Assembly: GCA_048938895.1 (NCBI GenBank) | Contig: JBHLLU010000071.1 | Span: 1 to 17,974 of the forward strand | Source of the DNA: Promethearchaeota archaeon | Lineage (GTDB): Archaea > Asgardarchaeota > Lokiarchaeia > Sigyniarchaeales > SOKP01 | Reading direction: 5' to 3' | DNA: 17,974 nucleotides | Translations under genes and position numbers: made by a program | The notes under the pieces: model-generated | What the model saw: only the letters and a program-made list of their open reading frames with translations | The model's database searches: none | What the model was told of the DNA's origin: nothing | Part shown: positions 16,283 through 17,974 of the stretch, piece after piece | Layout of the letters: each line of letters starts with the position of its first letter | Position numbering within the stretch: position 1 is the first letter of the stretch

Positions 16283-17707
16283 ATGAATAAGGATGATATA
16301 TGTTTTATGTCTGCAGTTGATATGCTTGAAAAAATAAAAAATCAAGAACAAACTTCACAAGAGATTACCGAAACTGCCATTGAGAGAATAGAGAAAATAA
16401 ATCCAGTAATTAACGCTTTCTGTACTACTATTTTTGATCTGGCAAGAGAGATGGCTAAAAAATCTGATGAAAAGGTAAGAAATGGAGAAAAGTTAGGAAT
16501 AATTGAAGGGATCCCAACTTCTCTTAAAGATGAAATCTTAACTAAAGGAATAAGAACTACTTTTGGGAGTAAATTATTTAAAAATTTTGTACCTTTACAA
16601 GATGACGTTTTGGTTAGAAGATTAAAAGAAGAGGGATCCGTAATTTTAGGCAAAACAAACCTGCCTGCTTTTGGATATAAGGGGGTTACAGACAACGAGA
16701 TTTTCGGGGTTACTAAGAATCCATGGGATCTAGAAAGAACTCCTGGTGGATCAAGTGGGGGTGCTGCAGCATCGATAGCTTCAGGTTTAGGATATCTTGC
16801 TTTAGGATCAGATGGAGGGGGAAGTATCAGAATTCCCAGTAGTTTTTCAGGAGTTTATGGTATTAAACCGAGTTTTGGAAGGATTCCTCATAATACTATG
16901 GCAACTTCAGGAGCTATAGGAACGCTTGTTCATAGAGGTCCTCTCGTGAGATATGTTAGAGATGCTGCTTTAATGCTGGATGTGTTGGTTGGTGAAGATG
17001 ATATTGATAGATACTCCCTTCCAAAACCTCCCTATAGTTTTTTAGAGAAATTACATGAAACTCCTGAAAACTTGAAGATTGGTTATTCAGTGGATTTAGG
17101 ATTTGTAAAAATTATTGATCCTGATGTTGAAAAATCAGTTCTAAATGCTCTTCAAAAATTTGAGAAATTCGGTTGGTCAGTAGAAAACAATAAGAGAATC
17201 AAAATAACAGATGCTGATAAAGCCCTACAAACATTTTGGTTTTCTGGTTTTGACCAATTCATGATGAGTTTACCTCAAGCAGGAGACAAGGTTGATGAAG
17301 ATATACAAAAAATGGCTCATATTGCTTCTAAATTTACTGTTAAAGATTTAAAATGGGCAGATTTACAGAGAGAAAGTATTTATCAAGAGATATGCAAACA
17401 TTTTAAAGAATTCGATATATTAATCACCCCAACGTTAGCATGTACCGCTTTCAAATTAGGATCAGACTGGGCTCATGAAATTGATGGTAAAGATGTAAGT
17501 AGTGATGCTCTTGCTTGGCAACCATATACATACCCCTTCAATTTGAGTGGACATCCCGCAGCTTCAATTCCCTCTGGATGGTCCAAAGAAGGTTTGCCTA
17601 TAGGAATGCAAATTGTTGGAAAAAGGTTAGATGATCTAACAGTTCTACAGGTTTCTCAAGCTTTTGAAGAAATTGCCCCGTGGCAAGATAAAAGACCTAC
17701 TATATAA
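16283..17707 (+). CDS. Amidase-signature family amidase, paralog 4 (start corrected to 16283; 474 aa)
   Basis: PTSLKD, GGSSGG and GSDGGGSIR are intact. MNKDDICF aligns with the paralog starts, and a GGTGA SD lies at 16273-16277. Confidence 0.93.
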   Translation: MNKDDICFMSAVDMLEKIKNQEQTSQEITETAIERIEKINPVINAFCTTIFDLAREMAKKSDEKVRNGEKLGIIEGIPTSLKDEILTKGIRTTFGSKLFKNFVPLQDDVLVRRLKEEGSVILGKTNLPAFGYKGVTDNEIFGVTKNPWDLERTPGGSSGGAAASIASGLGYLALGSDGGGSIRIPSSFSGVYGIKPSFGRIPHNTMATSGAIGTLVHRGPLVRYVRDAALMLDVLVGEDDIDRYSLPKPPYSFLEKLHETPENLKIGYSVDLGFVKIIDPDVEKSVLNALQKFEKFGWSVENNKRIKITDADKALQTFWFSGFDQFMMSLPQAGDKVDEDIQKMAHIASKFTVKDLKWADLQRESIYQEICKHFKEFDILITPTLACTAFKLGSDWAHEIDGKDVSSDALAWQPYTYPFNLSGHPAASIPSGWSKEGLPIGMQIVGKRLDDLTVLQVSQAFEEIAPWQDKRPTI

Positions 17708-17718
17708 CTATTGATCAA

Positions 17719-17761
17719 TTTGTTTTTTCTACCCTTCTTCTTTTTTTTCTGCGCTTTTTTT
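17719..17761 (+). terminator. Oligo-T terminator region after the amidase array
   Basis: Several runs of 6-8 T downstream of TAA 17707. Confidence 0.6.
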
Positions 17762-17882
17762 CATTAATCTTAATAAAAACAATTTTTTTAAATTGTCCTT
17801 AATAATTCTAAGTATAGTTATTTTACAAGTAAATAATTTTTCAACTTATAGCTAAAAATAAATATAGAGGAAATTGAATATA

Positions 17883-17974
17883 ATGGCACGTCCGTATCAA
17901 AAAGCAAACATTCCAGGCCCTGAAATGGGTGTTTCTGTTTCAGATCCTGCTGTAATGGCGAATTTTCTGAAAAG
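17883..17974 (+). CDS. cdhB: Probable CO dehydrogenase/acetyl-CoA synthase epsilon subunit, 5' fragment; runs off the right edge
   Basis: Manual translation MARPYQKANIPGPEMGVSVSDPAVMANFLK resembles the CdhB N-terminus (P[WY]Q...[IV]PGP......P......K, normally followed by AKRP). GAGG SD upstream. Only 30 codons are visible. Confidence 0.6.
   Translation, partial: MARPYQKANIPGPEMGVSVSDPAVMANFLK

Noticed and set aside
12070-16695. Antisense ORFs 12070-12303, 12369-12566, 14928-15377 and 16342-16695
   Set aside because: These are shadows of the amidase coding strands. Their mutual similarity simply mirrors the paralogy, and they show no independent motifs.
11774-17707. Annotation of the amidases as gatA
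   Set aside because: There are four divergent copies and no gatB/gatC in the window, and the signature reads SDGGGS rather than the SDTGGS usual in GatA. A general amidase call is safer.

Overview
AT-rich archaeal window, most consistent with an Asgard archaeon (Lokiarchaeia-like). This taxonomy is an inference from the Alba gene, GGTGA-type Shine-Dalgarno (SD) sites, TATA/BRE promoters, oligo-T terminators, several thiolase-like and acyl-CoA genes, and a coiled-coil/Zn-ribbon protein. From left to right the window holds: a partial thiolase-fold gene lacking the usual catalytic Cys (not in the ORF track), an aldo/keto reductase, a membrane protein with a V4R/MetOD-like C-terminal domain, a TLP1-type thiolase-like gene, a coiled-coil protein with a Zn ribbon, a long-chain acyl-CoA ligase with a Cys-rich insertion, a YpeA-like GNAT, a nuclease-less N6-adenine methyltransferase fused to one target recognition domain (TRD), Alba, a tandem GNAT coupled to a CooT-like protein, four tandem amidase-signature paralogs, and the 5' end of a probable CODH/ACS epsilon subunit gene (cdhB, not in the ORF track). 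The most notable signals are: the four-amidase array with diverged substrate pockets lying between cooT and cdhB; two genes whose SD motif points to an in-frame ATT codon rather than the ATG; the putative membrane redox-sensor fusion; and Alba surrounded by DNA- and protein-modifying enzymes. I saw no rRNA, tRNA, CRISPR array or transposase. All family calls are from motif recognition by eye; no database search was run.
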